A stretch of 62,970 bases of DNA, filler included, from Thraustochytrium aureum (taxonomy: Eukaryota): assembly GCA_012862495.1 (NCBI GenBank). It is 5 parts of 3 records of this genome, joined end to end, with 100 filler letters (N's around TTAATTAATTAA, not from the genome) between each part and the next. Parts side by side here need not be neighbours in the genome. Positions count along the whole stretch, not along the records: positions 1 to 21,789 come from BLSG01000123.1; positions 21,890 to 28,679 come from BLSG01000123.1; 3 more parts are not named here. One strand, given 5' to 3'. A model generated the notes under the pieces. That model did not search any database, had not been told where the DNA came from, and worked only from the letters and a program-made list of their open reading frames with translations. Shown here piece after piece: positions 13,022 to 24,841 of the stretch (within the stretch, counting starts at the first letter, position 1; each line of letters begins with the position of its first letter). The translations under genes and the position numbers were made by a program.

Positions 13022-16000
13022 ATGGCTACCGCAGGCTCGACAAATCTGCGCGAAAAGCTTCGTGTCGCCAGGAGCGAGCTGCGCGAGATGCAGAATGAGA
13101 AACGGAGAGCAAGAGGCGAGGACACGAGCGCGCCCAAGAGCGGCGCCCCCTGCAGTCGCAAGCGAGCTCTTGACGCCGCCGGTCGAGGCGACGTCGACGG
13201 CGCGCTCGGCGGGCACGGCGTGTCGCACTCGCAGCACAGCCTACTGACCCGGGAAAAGGCCTCGCTGGTCCGCAAGATCGATCAACTGAAAGCTGATAAC
13301 GCGTCCAAGGACGAACAGCTCGAGCGCCTCCACGCCGCACAGTTCAAGCTCCGTGTTGAGATGCGCTCCCTCGAACAGGCCAGCCGGAGGCTCGCCGCTC
13401 GCGAAGCAAACCACGCGACTCGGGAAAGCTGCGCAGTTCGGGAACTGGAAGCAAAGCTCCATGCCGCCGAGGAGAAAGCGGCTGCGGTGCGTGCGAGCCA
13501 CTCCACAGCCAAAGAAGAGCTCGAAACTGACCGGGCCGAAGCCAGGCGGGCAGGACGAGCTTTGGCTGACCGTGTCAAAGAGCTGGAATCGATGCTTGAA
13601 AGGAGCGAAAGCAGGCTTCGCGCGTGTATGCTTCAACTGGACTGGCGCAAGACGGCCAAGNNNNNNNNNNNNNNNNNNNNNNNNNNNNNNNNNNNNNNNN
13701 NNNNNNNNNNNNNNNNNNNNNNNNNNNNNNNNNNNNNNNNNNNNNNNNNNNNNNNNNNNNNNNNNNNNNNNNNNNNNNNNNNNNNNNNNNNNNNNNNNNN
13801 NNNNNNNNNNNNNNNNNNNNNNNNNNNNNNNNNNNNNNNNNNNNNNNNNNNNNNNNNNNNNNNNNNNNNNNNNNNNNNNNNNNNNNNNNNNNNNNNNNNN
13901 NNNNNNNNNNNNNNNNNNNNNNNNNNNNNNNNNNNNNNNNNNNNNNNNNNNNNNNNNNNNNNNNNNNNNNNNNNNNNNNNNNNNNNNNNNNNNNNNNNNN
14001 NNNNNNNNNNNNNNNNNNNNNNNNNNNNNNNNNNNNNNNNNNNNNNNNNNNNNNNNNNNNNNNNNNNNNNNNNNNNNNNNNNNNNNNNNNNNNNNNNNNN
14101 NNNNNNNNNNNNNNNNNNNNNNNNNNNNNNNNNNNNNNNNNNNNNNNNNNNNNNNNNNNNNNNNNNNNNNNNNNNNNNNNNNNNNNNNNNNNNNNNNNNN
14201 NNNNNNNNNNNNNNNNNNNNNNAGGCAGAGATCTTGCGCGGCAAGCTTTCAGCAGAACAAAACAGGACGGCCGAGCTTTGCAGTTTGCTTGCGCGCGAGA
14301 CGGAGCGAAGCTCTGGGCTCCTAGACCGGATCAAAGCTGTCGAGGCCAAGTCGGCCAGGCAGGCTTTTGAGATCGAAGACAGAGAGAGGTCCCGCCAGGG
14401 TCTTGAGAAGGAGCTCTTGGAGTCACAGGCCCGCGAGGCTGCCGCAACGGCGCTTGCGCAAGACGAGAATCTGCGGAGCGAGCGCCTGGTCGAGGCTGCC
14501 AAGCGCAACACGGCGGCCACGTGTGAGCTCGAAAAGCAGATAAGCGAGCTCAGCGAGGAGGTGGAAGCAACACGACTCGACGCCCTGGGAGCTCTTGAAG
14601 CGCTGCAGAAGGCTCAGCAGCTCGCTCGCACGCGCGGCCAGCGCGTTGTTGCCCTGGAAGCCGAGCTAGCTCAGACGCAGGGCGCCGTTGCTGGGGCCGA
14701 GCGGCGCATTTTGGCCCTCTCCGCGAAGGCCGAAGAGGCAGAGGCAGAGTTGGCTTTTGCTAAGTTGTGCAGCTCGAGTGAAACGTCTGCTGTCGAGGAG
14801 CGCTTGCGGGCAGCACTGGCGGAAGTGTCAAAGTCTCGCCTTCGAGCGAAGGAGGCCGAGCAGGCTTCCGGCGCTCTCCGCATTCGCATTCAAGTTCTCG
14901 AAGATGACCGGTCCGATGCGGAAAAGCTGCGCACGGCTGTAAAAGAGCTTCAGAGGGAGCGGGGCGCCCTTCGCGTGGATCTGGCAGACGCTCTGCATGC
15001 TGCTAAGGCAGCCGAAGACGCGCTTCTTGTCGCCAGGGAGGAGGCCAAGTTGACAAAGGAGAATGTCTCGGACCTTGAAGCCCAGCATCGCGACCTGCGC
15101 GAGTCGATGGCGGCGCTCCGCGTCAGCCGAGACGAGCTGGAGCTGGAGCTTGCCCGGTCATCTTCGACGGCAAGTGAAAGCGAGCTGTCGGCGCGAGTGA
15201 GCCAGGAGCAAGTGGAGGCGTTGACGGGCCGCCTCGCCAGAGTAGAGGCAACCTGCGCGCCGCGCCTCCCGCGAGCTAGCTGAGAGCCAAAGCAAGGCCG
15301 CTGAGACCGCAGCCCTCCTCGCACAAGCGGACAGCTGCCTGCGCCGGAAGGGCGAGGCACTCGCGGAGGCGACCGCCAAAATCGACTACCTGGAGAAGCG
15401 CGCCAGTGCGAGCCAAGTGCTGGAAGAGCGACTGAAGGCGGCCGAGTCGAGGAATGCGGTGCTGCAAAGCGAGGTGGATGAGGCAACTTCTGCCCAAGCG
15501 CGACTTTACGAGGATTGGCAGGAGAGCTGTGCTGCTGGACGCATGCTTGGCTGCAAGCTCCTCAAAGCCAAGTCCGCTCGGCGCAGACTCCATGCCGAGT
15601 GTGGGCGTCTTGCAGCGCGTTCCGCAGAGCTTGACACAGTTCGCGCGAGGGCCTCGACAGAGCGCTCGTCGGCGCGCCTCGTGGCTGCTGCTCTGGCCGA
15701 AGTCAGCTCGCGGTATGGGGCTTTGNNNNNNNNNNNNNNNNNNNNNNNNNNNNNNNNNNNNNNNNNNNNNNNNNNNNNNNNNNNNNNNNNNNNNNNNNNN
15801 NNNNNNNNNNNNNNNNNNNNNNNNNNNNNNNNNNNNNNNNNACGCGGCAGCCGAGTCTGCGAGAAGCAAGGAGCTGGTCGCAGCGCTAGATGGCTGCAAC
15901 CGGTGAGGTCGGTCGCCTGAGAGGGTTCGCGGACCGAGCCATCGAGGCCGAGCGGGCCGTGGACCGGCTCAAAGAGGAGAACGGCCAACTTGTGGCAGAG

Positions 16001-16687
16001 CGAGACGACCAGGAATTGGCGCTCCAAGCCGCGGTTGCTGAAGCGCAGAGGGCGGTGGAGGCCATGAAACAGCAAGACGCAGACTGGTCGAGCAAGGAGG
16101 CCGCCCTGCTGCAAGCCGCGGAGGATTTGGAGATGGTCCAAGCAGCAGCCGAAGCGGAGCGTCTTGTGCTGAACGAGAGGCAAGCTGGACTGGAAGAGGC
16201 GCTCGCGGAGCTCGAGCGCCGCACGGATGCGGTGCGCAAAGAGGAGGCGCAGATCCGCAAGGGCGCAGCTCGGGTCGCATTGCAGCGCGAGACGCTGGAG
16301 GCCAAGGAGGCCACTGCTGGGCAGATTCAGTCGCTGACGGCGCAATTACGCGTGCAAGAACAGGCCAACGTGATTCTTCGGCGCGAATATGAAACCTCTC
16401 TAGAACGTATTCGCGAGCTGCAGTGCGTTGCAGCGGTGCACAAGCTGGAAGTCAATGCCCCGCCGAGCCCTCGCAAAGTCGACGAGGCGTCGAGTACAAG
16501 CGCAGTGGACGAGGAGAAGGCAAGCGACGAGTTGGACGAGTCCGCTGCTCACCAAAGAAGCGCAAGTCAGGACGTTTCGAGCCTCGAGCAGGAGAACGCG
16601 GCGTTGCGCAAGCTTGTTGGGATCTTGGGTGATGAGGTGCGCGACGCACACGGGCTTGCGTGGAGCGCGGTGCACGGGACGCGGTGA
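13022..16687 (+). CDS. Long coiled-coil protein (two gaps; frameshifts ~15255 and ~15900)
   Basis: Successive same-strand ORFs (12992-15283, ~15260-15725, 15890-16687) are all A/E/L/R heptad-rich. No catalytic motifs. Confidence 0.72.
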
Positions 16688-17082
16688 GGGCGCTCGAGCC
16701 TTTCTTCAAGCTCATAGGGCCATGAATCGACAGACAGGGTTTTTACTCTGGTGGGGCACAAGGAGGCCGGGGGTGCTAGACCCGACCGACCCCACGCCAA
16801 CTTTGCTTCTATCCATAGAGGTGGACAGCGTAGACTGGTCACTAACTGTACCTTGAGGGGTACATAAGAATCATCGCGTTTCACTTTCGTACACTCGAGC
16901 TGGCCGTCGCCCTGGAGGCGATCTTGCCCGCCACAGCGCGCTGCCCCCCGGGGCGCCGTCGAGGGCGTCGCTAGCGCCCAAATGGCGATCCTTGCATTGG
17001 CTCAGATCTTGGGGTCTTGGCATCCGTCTGTTGGATCGATCACGAGTCCGCGCTAGATGCATCGTCGTCCTTTGCACCGCTC

Positions 17083-18881
17083 TCAGGGCTCGGCGACGGT
17101 GTTGTATGAGCCACAAGACGAGCACTTGCAGGGCAGAGCGGCGAGCGACTCCGGGAGCGCGATTGGGCGGCTCGTCTCCGTCTTGGCCTGGCACTCGTAG
17201 CAATGCAGTTTGACTGGCACGAGGGACACCTTTGCGTCTTGGAGCGGCCTGCGCAGGTGCGCCCAGATCTCGTCGTACTTGAGCCAGACGCGCGACATGT
17301 CGTTGATGCTCTTGCGACACGTCGGGCACTGGAACTGGGTCATGACGTAGCGGTTGAAGCAGTTTCGGTGCATAAAGTGGCCGCAGCTGAGCCACTGCAC
17401 AGGTTGCGTCGTGTCGAACATTCCCTCTTGGCAAATCGCACAGTCCGCTTCGAGGGAGTGGTCCCTGCACCGGTGATTTTTCACTTTGTGGCTAATGCAG
17501 GCGTTGCAGCGCATGCAATGAAAGAGATCTATGCCTAGGCCTTGGCCCCTCCTGCACAAGTTGCAAAAGGGGCAGTGGTAGATAGGCCGGTTGGCCGCGC
17601 TGTCAAACAGGTTGCAGATGGAGCAAAAGTATTGCGCCATCTCGACGTTGCACGAAGCACAGTTTCTGGCAACCGGCTGAAGCGCGCAGCACTGCATGCA
17701 CCACATGGATTTGATTTCGAAGCGGTTTGCTTGGTGCCAGGTCGGCCCGTTGTTGTCCATGAGTGAGCGGTGGGTGACCGCGTCGTCGTGGCAAATGCGG
17801 CACGTGAACAGCTCGTTGCAGCACTCGAAGAGCAGTTTGCAGTTTCGTTTGTAGTGTTGGCACCCAAACGGGGTCGGGCCGCGGTCGTTGGCGTTTTCCT
17901 GTGGGTGCGTAGGGGCTGCGCAGCACTCGCCCGGTTCTGTGCACTCGTGCAGGGAAGCTGCTGCGCCCGCGAGCTCGGCGGGGGAACGAACAAACCTGAG
18001 CGGGGGCGGCTCGTTCTGCGCCGCCCCGTGGCCGGCGGCTGAGGCGCCAGCGCCTTGTCCCGGCGGCGGCGGCGGCGTCGACTGTGTTGCAGCGGATACA
18101 TACTGGGCGATGCCAGCGTGCTCGAGCCATGCTGAAAAGCGCGTCTCTTGTGCCGTATGGACGATGCTGGCGATCGCCTTTGCCTTTTCAGCCGTGGGCA
18201 GATCGCGTATGATCATGCTCATGAACTTGTTTACGAGCTCGCTCGACCTGTTGCCTAGGATGTGGCCCGCGAGCAGGTCAAGCTCGCCCTGGTTAAAGTG
18301 CCGCGAAAGCAGCGGGAAGAGCTCTTCCTCTTCTTTCCGAAGGTGCAGAAGCACGGAGGACCTGATCGAATCAACCAGGTCCACGAGGTAGCTAACAATG
18401 GTGGCGAGCTCTCGCGACCTTTCGCTATCGAGCTCCGCGGCGCCTTGTCCGCGAAGGTCTGCGCAGGCGGGCGCGAGCAAGCGGCGGTTAGTTAGCGAGC
18501 GGGCCGGCGGGAGGGCGCCGCGCGCGCGTTGGCAGCGGGCGGGCGGGACTTACGTAACAACACGACGCGCACCTGTTCAAACGCCCTAGACTGGCCGGCG
18601 TGTTCTTCCCTGAGCTCGTGGTCCGCCTCGGGTGCGAGGCCCTTGGCGCAGAGCGCGGGCAAAATGATCTCGTCCTCCGCCTTGGAGTGTGAGTGGTACA
18701 CCACAAGAAAAAGTCGAACTGCCCGAGCACGTCCCGTAGCGCGTGCCCCCACCGCGCGCTGTTCCCAACGGCCTCCTGCAGCCTGCCGACCTGTCCAGTC
18801 AGCTTGTCCACCTCCTGCCGCAGGCAGTTGTGCACGTGCACTAGCTCAGTGTACGGCAGCGACCCGGCGACTCCGCCCGTC
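17083..18881 (-). CDS. BRUTUS/HRZ-like E3 ligase: hemerythrin (HHE) + CHY Zn finger + RING-H2 + Zn ribbon; intron 18459-18553, frameshift ~18710, 5' end in gap
   Basis: HHE motifs HVHNCLRQEV, HSHSKAEDEIILPAL, EEH, LHLRKEEEELFPLL. CHY GCQHYKRNCKL..CC..FTCRICHD. RING CAICQE..SCGHFMHRNC..CPTCRKS. Ribbon CYEC...KCSSCGSYNT. A phase-1 intron GTAAGT..CTAACTAAC..CAG joins the frames. Confidence 0.88.
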
Positions 18882-19313
18882 NNNNNNNNNNNNNNNNNNN
18901 NNNNNNNNNNNNNNNNNNNNNNNNNNNNNNNNNNNNNNNNNNNNNNNNNNNNNNNNNNNNNNNNNNNNNNNNNNNNNNNNNNNNNNNNNNNNNNNNNNNN
19001 NNNNNNNNNNNNNNNNNNNNNNNNNNNNNNNNNNNNNNNNNNNNNNNNNNNNNNNNNNNNNNNNNNNNNNNNNNNNNNNNNNNNNNNNNNNNNNNNNNNN
19101 NNNNNNNNNNNNNNNNNNNNNNNNNNNNNNNNNNNNNNNNNNNNNNNNNNNNNNNNNNNNNNNNNNNNNNNNNNNNNNNNNNNNNNNNNNNNNNNNNNNN
19201 NNNNNNNNNNNNNNNNNNNNNNNNNNNNNNNNNNNNNNNNNNNNNNNNNNNNNNNNNNNNNNNNNNNNNNNNNNNNNNNNNNNNNNNNNNNNNNNNNNNN
19301 NNNNNNNNNNNNN

Positions 19314-19353
19314 GTGCCTGGCGTGCCTGGCGTGCCTGGCGTGCCTGGCGTGC
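19314..19353. repeat. 9-bp tandem repeat (GTGCCTGGC)x4 at gap edge
   Basis: Directly visible and adjacent to the N gap. Confidence 0.85.
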
Positions 19354-19653
19354 GTGGCGAGGGGTGGGTTGCTGCAGCGCGCGTGAGATCCCCCGAGAGG
19401 TTGGGAGCCGGTTAGCGAGCGGCGGGCGCGGCGAAACACGAGCGCGGCCGCGACGCTCGGCGTGCCACCCTCGCCGGAAGCCGTTCTCGAGCGCTGGAGA
19501 ACAGCGCTGTCCCACGAGAAAGCCAAGCCCCCCCCGCCCAATCTGCCGCGCTGGTGGCGAAGAAGCGCGACACGACTTCCCAGACAGATGCGCAAAGTGG
19601 CAAAGCAGCAGCCACCCAACACAGCAGTAGCAACAGCAGACCCCAACGCCGCT

Positions 19654-19710
19654 CTGCTTTGGAGCGCTGCTTTGGAGCGCTGCTTTGGGGCGCTGCTTTG
19701 GGGCGCTGCT
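19654..19710. repeat. 13-bp tandem repeat (CTGCTTTGGRGCG)x4
   Basis: Four copies, two with GGAG and two with GGGG, between the MFS stop and the BRUTUS-like gene. Confidence 0.85.
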
Positions 19711-19922
19711 CCAGAGCGAACCCACAACCATTGCGGCAGCGCCAACCGCCAAGACCAAGCGCAATGCGGCGACGGAGGCCGATATAGAGGTAGAGTGCAA
19801 CGCTGGATGCGCAGCGGCAAGGCGCTTTGGTGCAGGGCGGATCGAGGGCTTCAGGACAGGAGAGAAAATTTGGTTGAAGGGAGTCAGTCAGCACGTGCGG
19901 CTGGCGCCGCGAGGCTCGAGGA

Positions 19923-21498
19923 TCAGGTGAGCTCGAGCTCGACCGCGTCGAGCTCGAGGGGGTCCAGCAGACGGTGGTCGCTCTGAAAAAAATGGCTGTG
20001 GTGCGGGTTGCGGCGCAGGTGGTTGCGGATCATCGTTGACTCGACCAGGTCGAGGTCGCGGCGGTAGGTGCAGAGCAGCGGGACGAAGAGGAGCGCCGAG
20101 ACCAGCCATGCCCCGAACGAGATCGCGAGCGCCGTCGCGCGGTCGCCAGGGAGCGCCAGAATGATGAGCGAGACCAGAAAGGGGCCGAGGCCCCGACCAA
20201 GGTCGTCGACGAGGTTCATGATGGCAAAAGCTGAACCGCGCAGCTCTGGCAACGTAACGTTGATGAGCAGGCCACGCACGACGCCCCCTGGGACGCCAGC
20301 CACGACGCCGGCAGGGAGACACAGCAGGACGTAGGCCCATAGCTCGAGCTGGGTACAGTACAAAATGGCGATGAGCGGGACAGCGCCGACCACAAAGCAC
20401 GTCGCGGTGAGGCCGACCAGCAAGTTGGTGCGCTCGCGCAGCCAGCGGTCTGTGAGCACGCCCCCCAAGAGAGTTCCGAGCACAATGCCAACGCCGAAGA
20501 CGAGCACGAGCAGCGTGGACTGCTGGACCGGTATTTGCATTTCCTGAGCCACATAGTCGTTAAAGTAGACAATGACGACACCCCAGGGCAGCGAGCCAGG
20601 GAGGCAGGACGCGAGCAAGAGCGACACGGACGGCGAGCGGCACAGCGAGAGGAACTTGGCGGCCGTGATCTCCTCGTGGTACTCAAAGTCTTGGTGCTCG
20701 GTTACGATCTGCGCGAAGACTTGCTCCTTCTCCCCGCGCCGCGGCTCGGCAGTGTCGCCACCAGCAGGACTGTGAGGGCAAGGGCGGGGACAGCTACGAT
20801 GAGAAAGGGGGCGCGCCAGCCGAGCACTGGGCCGAGGAGACCGGCGAGGATCTGGCCCATGCCGACGCCAAACCCCATGGCGATGGCGGCAAGGGACGAG
20901 ATTCGCCCCCTCGTCGAGGTGGTGTACATGTCACCGAGGAGCGAGTACAGGATAGGCACGTTGCCCCCACGGCAAAGCCAGTCAGGATGCGCATGGCCAG
21001 GAACGCGCTGTAGGTCTGCACGAAGAAGGTCCCCAAGCAGGCGGACTGGCCCACCAGAACGACAGCCGCGAGCGTGAGGATCCGATGGGTGCTGTCTGCG
21101 AGGTATCCGGCAACGATGGAAGTGAGGGCCCCCACGCAAAAGAAGCCGAGCGACACGTACCCGCCGAGGTACACGTCGCGCTGCTCGGGGGTTCCGAGGC
21201 CGAGATCATTCGCGATGGCGGTTAGGTTTGGTGCCATGAGGTTTTGGTCCGCGAAGAGAAAAACGTTGATGAGAAACAAGAGCACCGTCTGGTACGCCAC
21301 CTCGTTAACGCTGCATTGCTCGCTCGTGCAGCACTTTGTTTCCTCCTGGTCGTCGCCCTCGCCTTGGTGGATGTGCGCGCCGTTCTCCTCGTTGGGCTTG
21401 CTCACTCGCATCGACAGCGCGCCTTGATTGTCCACGAGGTCGTCCTCGAGCGCGTAGTCGTCCTCCAGGTGGTGCGAGGCCTGCCGCAGGTTGAGCAT
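19923..21498 (-). CDS. Major facilitator superfamily transporter (spinster-like); frameshifts ~20968 and ~20750
   Basis: FLFADQNLMAPNLTAIA, motif A GYLADSTHR, MRILTGFAVG, SLLGDMY..RG, GWRAPF, GGVLTDR, LINVTLPELRGSAFAIMNLVDDLGRGLGP. About 12 hydrophobic segments across three frames. Confidence 0.88.
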
Positions 21499-21789
21499 TG
21501 CGGCTCCCCTCCGCGCAGGTCGAGCGAGGCAGGGCAGCGCAGCACTCTGTTCGCTCTCTACTGGGGGCCGGGCGACGGAGCTGGCCGGCCTGTCGAGGGC
21601 CTGGCGCTTAGCCGAAGACGGCCGGCTCGGTCAGGCTCTGCCGCCCCATCCCACGAAGCTCTGTCCTACCGGCACTGCGCATCAAGGTGCTGCCGAGACA
21701 GGCCTCTGCTGGGCCGTTGATGGTCGATCGTCGTCCGCTTGCGCACGGCGAGCAGCAGCTTGCGGACGCGCTTGCGGACGCGCTTGCGG

Positions 21790-21889
21790 NNNNNNNNNNN
21801 NNNNNNNNNNNNNNNNNNNNNNNNNNNNNNNNNTTAATTAATTAANNNNNNNNNNNNNNNNNNNNNNNNNNNNNNNNNNNNNNNNNNNN
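21790..21889. other. Artificial scaffold-concatenation linker N44-TTAATTAATTAA-N44
   Basis: Exactly 100 nt with stops in all six frames. Identical structure at four places in the window. Confidence 0.95.
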
Positions 21890-22269
21890 GACGACGGTCG
21901 TCGAGGCCTGCAGGAACAGCGGCGCGTTGGGAGGTAAGTACTGCTCGTGCCACTCCGAGAGTCATCATGGCAGGGCAGCCTCATCCCCATCGCCTTCGAG
22001 CCTTCGTCGTCGTTGTCGCTGGCACTCTCATCATCCGAAGCAACTCTTGACCTGTCGCACACCCTCCCCGAGTACACACCACAAGCCTACCTTACCCGCC
22101 AGTGAGCTTGTGCTCGAGCTCGAGCGCGAGCGGAGCGGTCGCCTTGCGCCGGGCTCCTGCTGGCTGCCGGCCGCCGCGCGACGACGGCGGCCAACGGACG
22201 GCGGCCAGCTTGTGCCCTGTGCTGCAGAGCTGCGCTGGCGCGGAGTGGTGGCGGATTCGGATCGGTGAT

Positions 22270-22335
22270 GGACGGGTGGACGGACGGACGGGCGGGCGGA
22301 CGGATGGACGGACGGACGGACGGACGGACGGACGG
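22270..22335. repeat. (GGAC)n microsatellite, imperfect
   Basis: Directly visible. Confidence 0.9.
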
Positions 22336-22585
22336 CGGTGGCGGGCGCGTGCCAACCGTGCACGCGGCGACGCGGCGGTTTGCTGGCGACGGAGGATCCG
22401 GTCGAGAGTTGTCGCTCTCTGCAACCTCTGTGTCTCATCGCATCAGAATGCAGTGGACTCGGGAGTGCCGGTACCTACGTACTCACTCCACTCGACCTCG
22501 AGGTCCATCTGCGCGCGATCAAGTCCATCAAACCAGGACATCAATGTCACCAAGCGTCACGACGAAACGAAAGCGAAATCAAAAA

Positions 22586-24181
22586 TCAAGGATTTGTAGA
22601 GTTCTGCGCACAGTGGCCACCCTTGGAACGTATCTCGAGTTGAAGGCGAACCTCCTCCACGCCCGTCGCCAACGTCCTCGACAACTGCTCGAGGTCTCCG
22701 AGTGAGACGCCATCAAGCATCCGGCCCCCGAGGCGAGCCACGCGGAGGTTGGCGCGCTCAACGTCCTCCCTGCAACGCTCGAGCTGCGCGAGGCGCTGGC
22801 GACTGCGAAGCAAGTCCCGGTTGGTGACCTGGCAAATCAATATCCACCCAAGCGCGGCAAACCCAAACCGGAGCCCCACGTAGACCTTCCACTGGGTGAG
22901 CACCTCCGGCAGGTCGGCCGCGACCTGGGCAGGACCGGCCTCCAACATCACGGCGAGCTCGCTGTCGATCTGGTCCACCAGCGGCCACGCCAGCAGGGTG
23001 ATCAGCAAGCACACCAGCAACAAGAGCCCGCACAGAACGAGCTCGGCGCGCTCCTTGGACCCGCGCTCCGCCCAGTGGCGCTTTTGGTCGCGCTCCGTTG
23101 TGATCTTGTCGCAGGCGCCCACGAAGGAAAACACGGACAGGAAGAAAAACATGCGCCGCACCTCGTACGCGAGCGGCCCATAGATGCCCAGCAAGGTCAG
23201 CGGGTCTTCGATCTGCAGGACAACCAAGAGCTGGAAGAGCGACCCGCCCGCCAGCAGGCCTTGCCCCACCATGAAGATGCCCTCCAGCACGTACTCGACG
23301 TTGCTCATCATCGCCCTCAACCGCTGTGGCGAGTATTCGGCGACGGCGTCCTCTTCGCGGAATCGCTTCATCAGCACACGCTCGCCCTGCTCATCCAGCT
23401 CGTACAGCACGCGGCTGAACCGCCCGCTCGACGCGTTCTCCACATAGACCTCCTCTTTCCACCGCGACCCGCGCCCGAGGCCAAAGCGCGCCGACCCGCC
23501 CTTGGGGACGAGCACGCGGCCGCGGCAGTCATCCGTTTCGCTCGCGCGCACAAACACCGGAGCGTCCGAGGACTGGGCCAGCTGGCTTACGTTGCTCACG
23601 TAGACTGGACCATCCTGGCTCAGCACGGGAACCGACACGAACTCGGCAACCTCGGCCTGGGTGAGGCATTGCTCGTTCGACTCGAGGTCGTCCCGATCTA
23701 CGCGCAGTTGCAGCGCCTTGGCCGTCAGCAGCTCGCGCGAAGCCAGCTCGCGTGACGCGATCTCGCTCTCCTCTTTGGCGCGATGCTTCTCTTGGGTGCG
23801 CTCCTTCTTGGACTTTGGTTTCGTGGTGTCCTCCTGCTTCCCGTTGGGCTTGTCCTTTGGTTTGTCCTTGGCGGAACTTTTGCTCTCTACTGCAGCGGCG
23901 GCTTGGTCGCCACTCTTTCGATCCCGTTTCTGGCGACGCTTTGACTTGCCACCGCCACCGCCGAGGTCGTCGTCTTCCGAGACCTCGGCGTCGCTCTTGT
24001 TTTCGCTCTCGAGCATTTGCCGCGAGCTGCTGCGCCTTGCCTTGGTCTTTGACCTCCTGCTCTTCGCGGCATCCCCACCAAGATCATCGTCCTCCGAGTC
24101 TGAGCTCGTGTCGAGGGCCCGAATCTCGCCCTCGTCTTGCTCGTCTTTCTTGCCGCGCAGCTTCCGCCCGAGCCGCAGCAT
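22586..24181 (-). CDS. TMEM237: TMEM237-like ciliary transition-zone membrane protein
   Basis: Charged low-complexity N-terminus, EVYVE..GRFSR, then four TM segments. GQGLLAG..LL.IYGPLAY...FFLSVFSFVGACD resembles my recollection of TMEM237 (HGFLAG..LLQQYKTLAY..LALSTISAFD). Confidence 0.68.
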   Translation of the reverse strand: MLRLGRKLRGKKDEQDEGEIRALDTSSDSEDDDLGGDAAKSRRSKTKARRSSSRQMLESENKSDAEVSEDDDLGGGGGKSKRRQKRDRKSGDQAAAAVESKSSAKDKPKDKPNGKQEDTTKPKSKKERTQEKHRAKEESEIASRELASRELLTAKALQLRVDRDDLESNEQCLTQAEVAEFVSVPVLSQDGPVYVSNVSQLAQSSDAPVFVRASETDDCRGRVLVPKGGSARFGLGRGSRWKEEVYVENASSGRFSRVLYELDEQGERVLMKRFREEDAVAEYSPQRLRAMMSNVEYVLEGIFMVGQGLLAGGSLFQLLVVLQIEDPLTLLGIYGPLAYEVRRMFFFLSVFSFVGACDKITTERDQKRHWAERGSKERAELVLCGLLLLVCLLITLLAWPLVDQIDSELAVMLEAGPAQVAADLPEVLTQWKVYVGLRFGFAALGWILICQVTNRDLLRSRQRLAQLERCREDVERANLRVARLGGRMLDGVSLGDLEQLSRTLATGVEEVRLQLEIRSKGGHCAQNSTNP

Positions 24182-24550
24182 CTCGTCCGCGGCCGAGGTC
24201 CCTGGGCAGCGCCGATTCGGGCAGCGAGCGTGCCCGCACTTGTTTCTTTCAAACTAGCTTGCAGCTTCAACCGTGCTCAGCCTGCCTCGTGGCGAGCGCC
24301 TGCAACAACCGCGACTCGAAGTTCGCCGGCGTCGAGTTGACCGTCGTGTCCTTCGCCTGCCTCGAAGCGTCCAGAGCAAAGCCGAAAAACGACCGCAGCA
24401 GCGCCCGTTGTCCCGGGCCGTTCTCTTCTGCAGCTGCGCGCGATTGGCGAGCGAGTTCGAACGAGGTCTGACGATGGGTCGTCGGATTGGCAAGCGGCGT
24501 GTGGTCAAAAACATCTCCAAAAGTGAGAGAAGCAACAAAACGCACATGTC

Positions 24551-24576
24551 AACGGTCATTTCGCCAAGTTACCGTT
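24551..24576. promoter_or_regulatory. Inverted pair of MYB/MSA-like sites (AACGGTCA ... TTACCGTT) in the bidirectional TMEM237/DRC7 promoter
   Basis: AACGGTCA at 24551-24558 and TTACCGTT at 24569-24576, roughly midway between two divergent ATGs. Function inferred. Confidence 0.4.
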
Positions 24577-24841
24577 TCCATCGCCGAGGCCGCCGTCGAG
24601 CAGATCGCCAACGCACGCGAGCGCAGGGCGGCGGAGGCAGCCGCGCAGAGGCGCCGTGGATAAACCTGCTCGACCGCCTGGACGGCGACGTTGAAACTCG
24701 AGCGCTAGTTGTTGTTGTGCGTTGCGCGAGTTGGTGGCTCTGCTGTGCAGTACAAGCGAACAGCAACAGCAGCAATAGCACGACCAGCACCACCCGGCGG
24801 CGGCGGTGGTGGCGGCGGCCACGAGTGGCTGGCGCGCTGGG

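Noticed and set aside
21834..21845. TTAATTAATTAA as a piggyBac TTAA target, telomere or regulatory palindrome
   Set aside because: Always embedded in exactly 44+44 Ns, so it is an artificial six-frame stop linker.
21890..22100. Possible minus-strand exon (SDDESASDNDDE...) at the scaffold edge
   Set aside because: Too short and low-complexity, with no recognisable homology or clear start.
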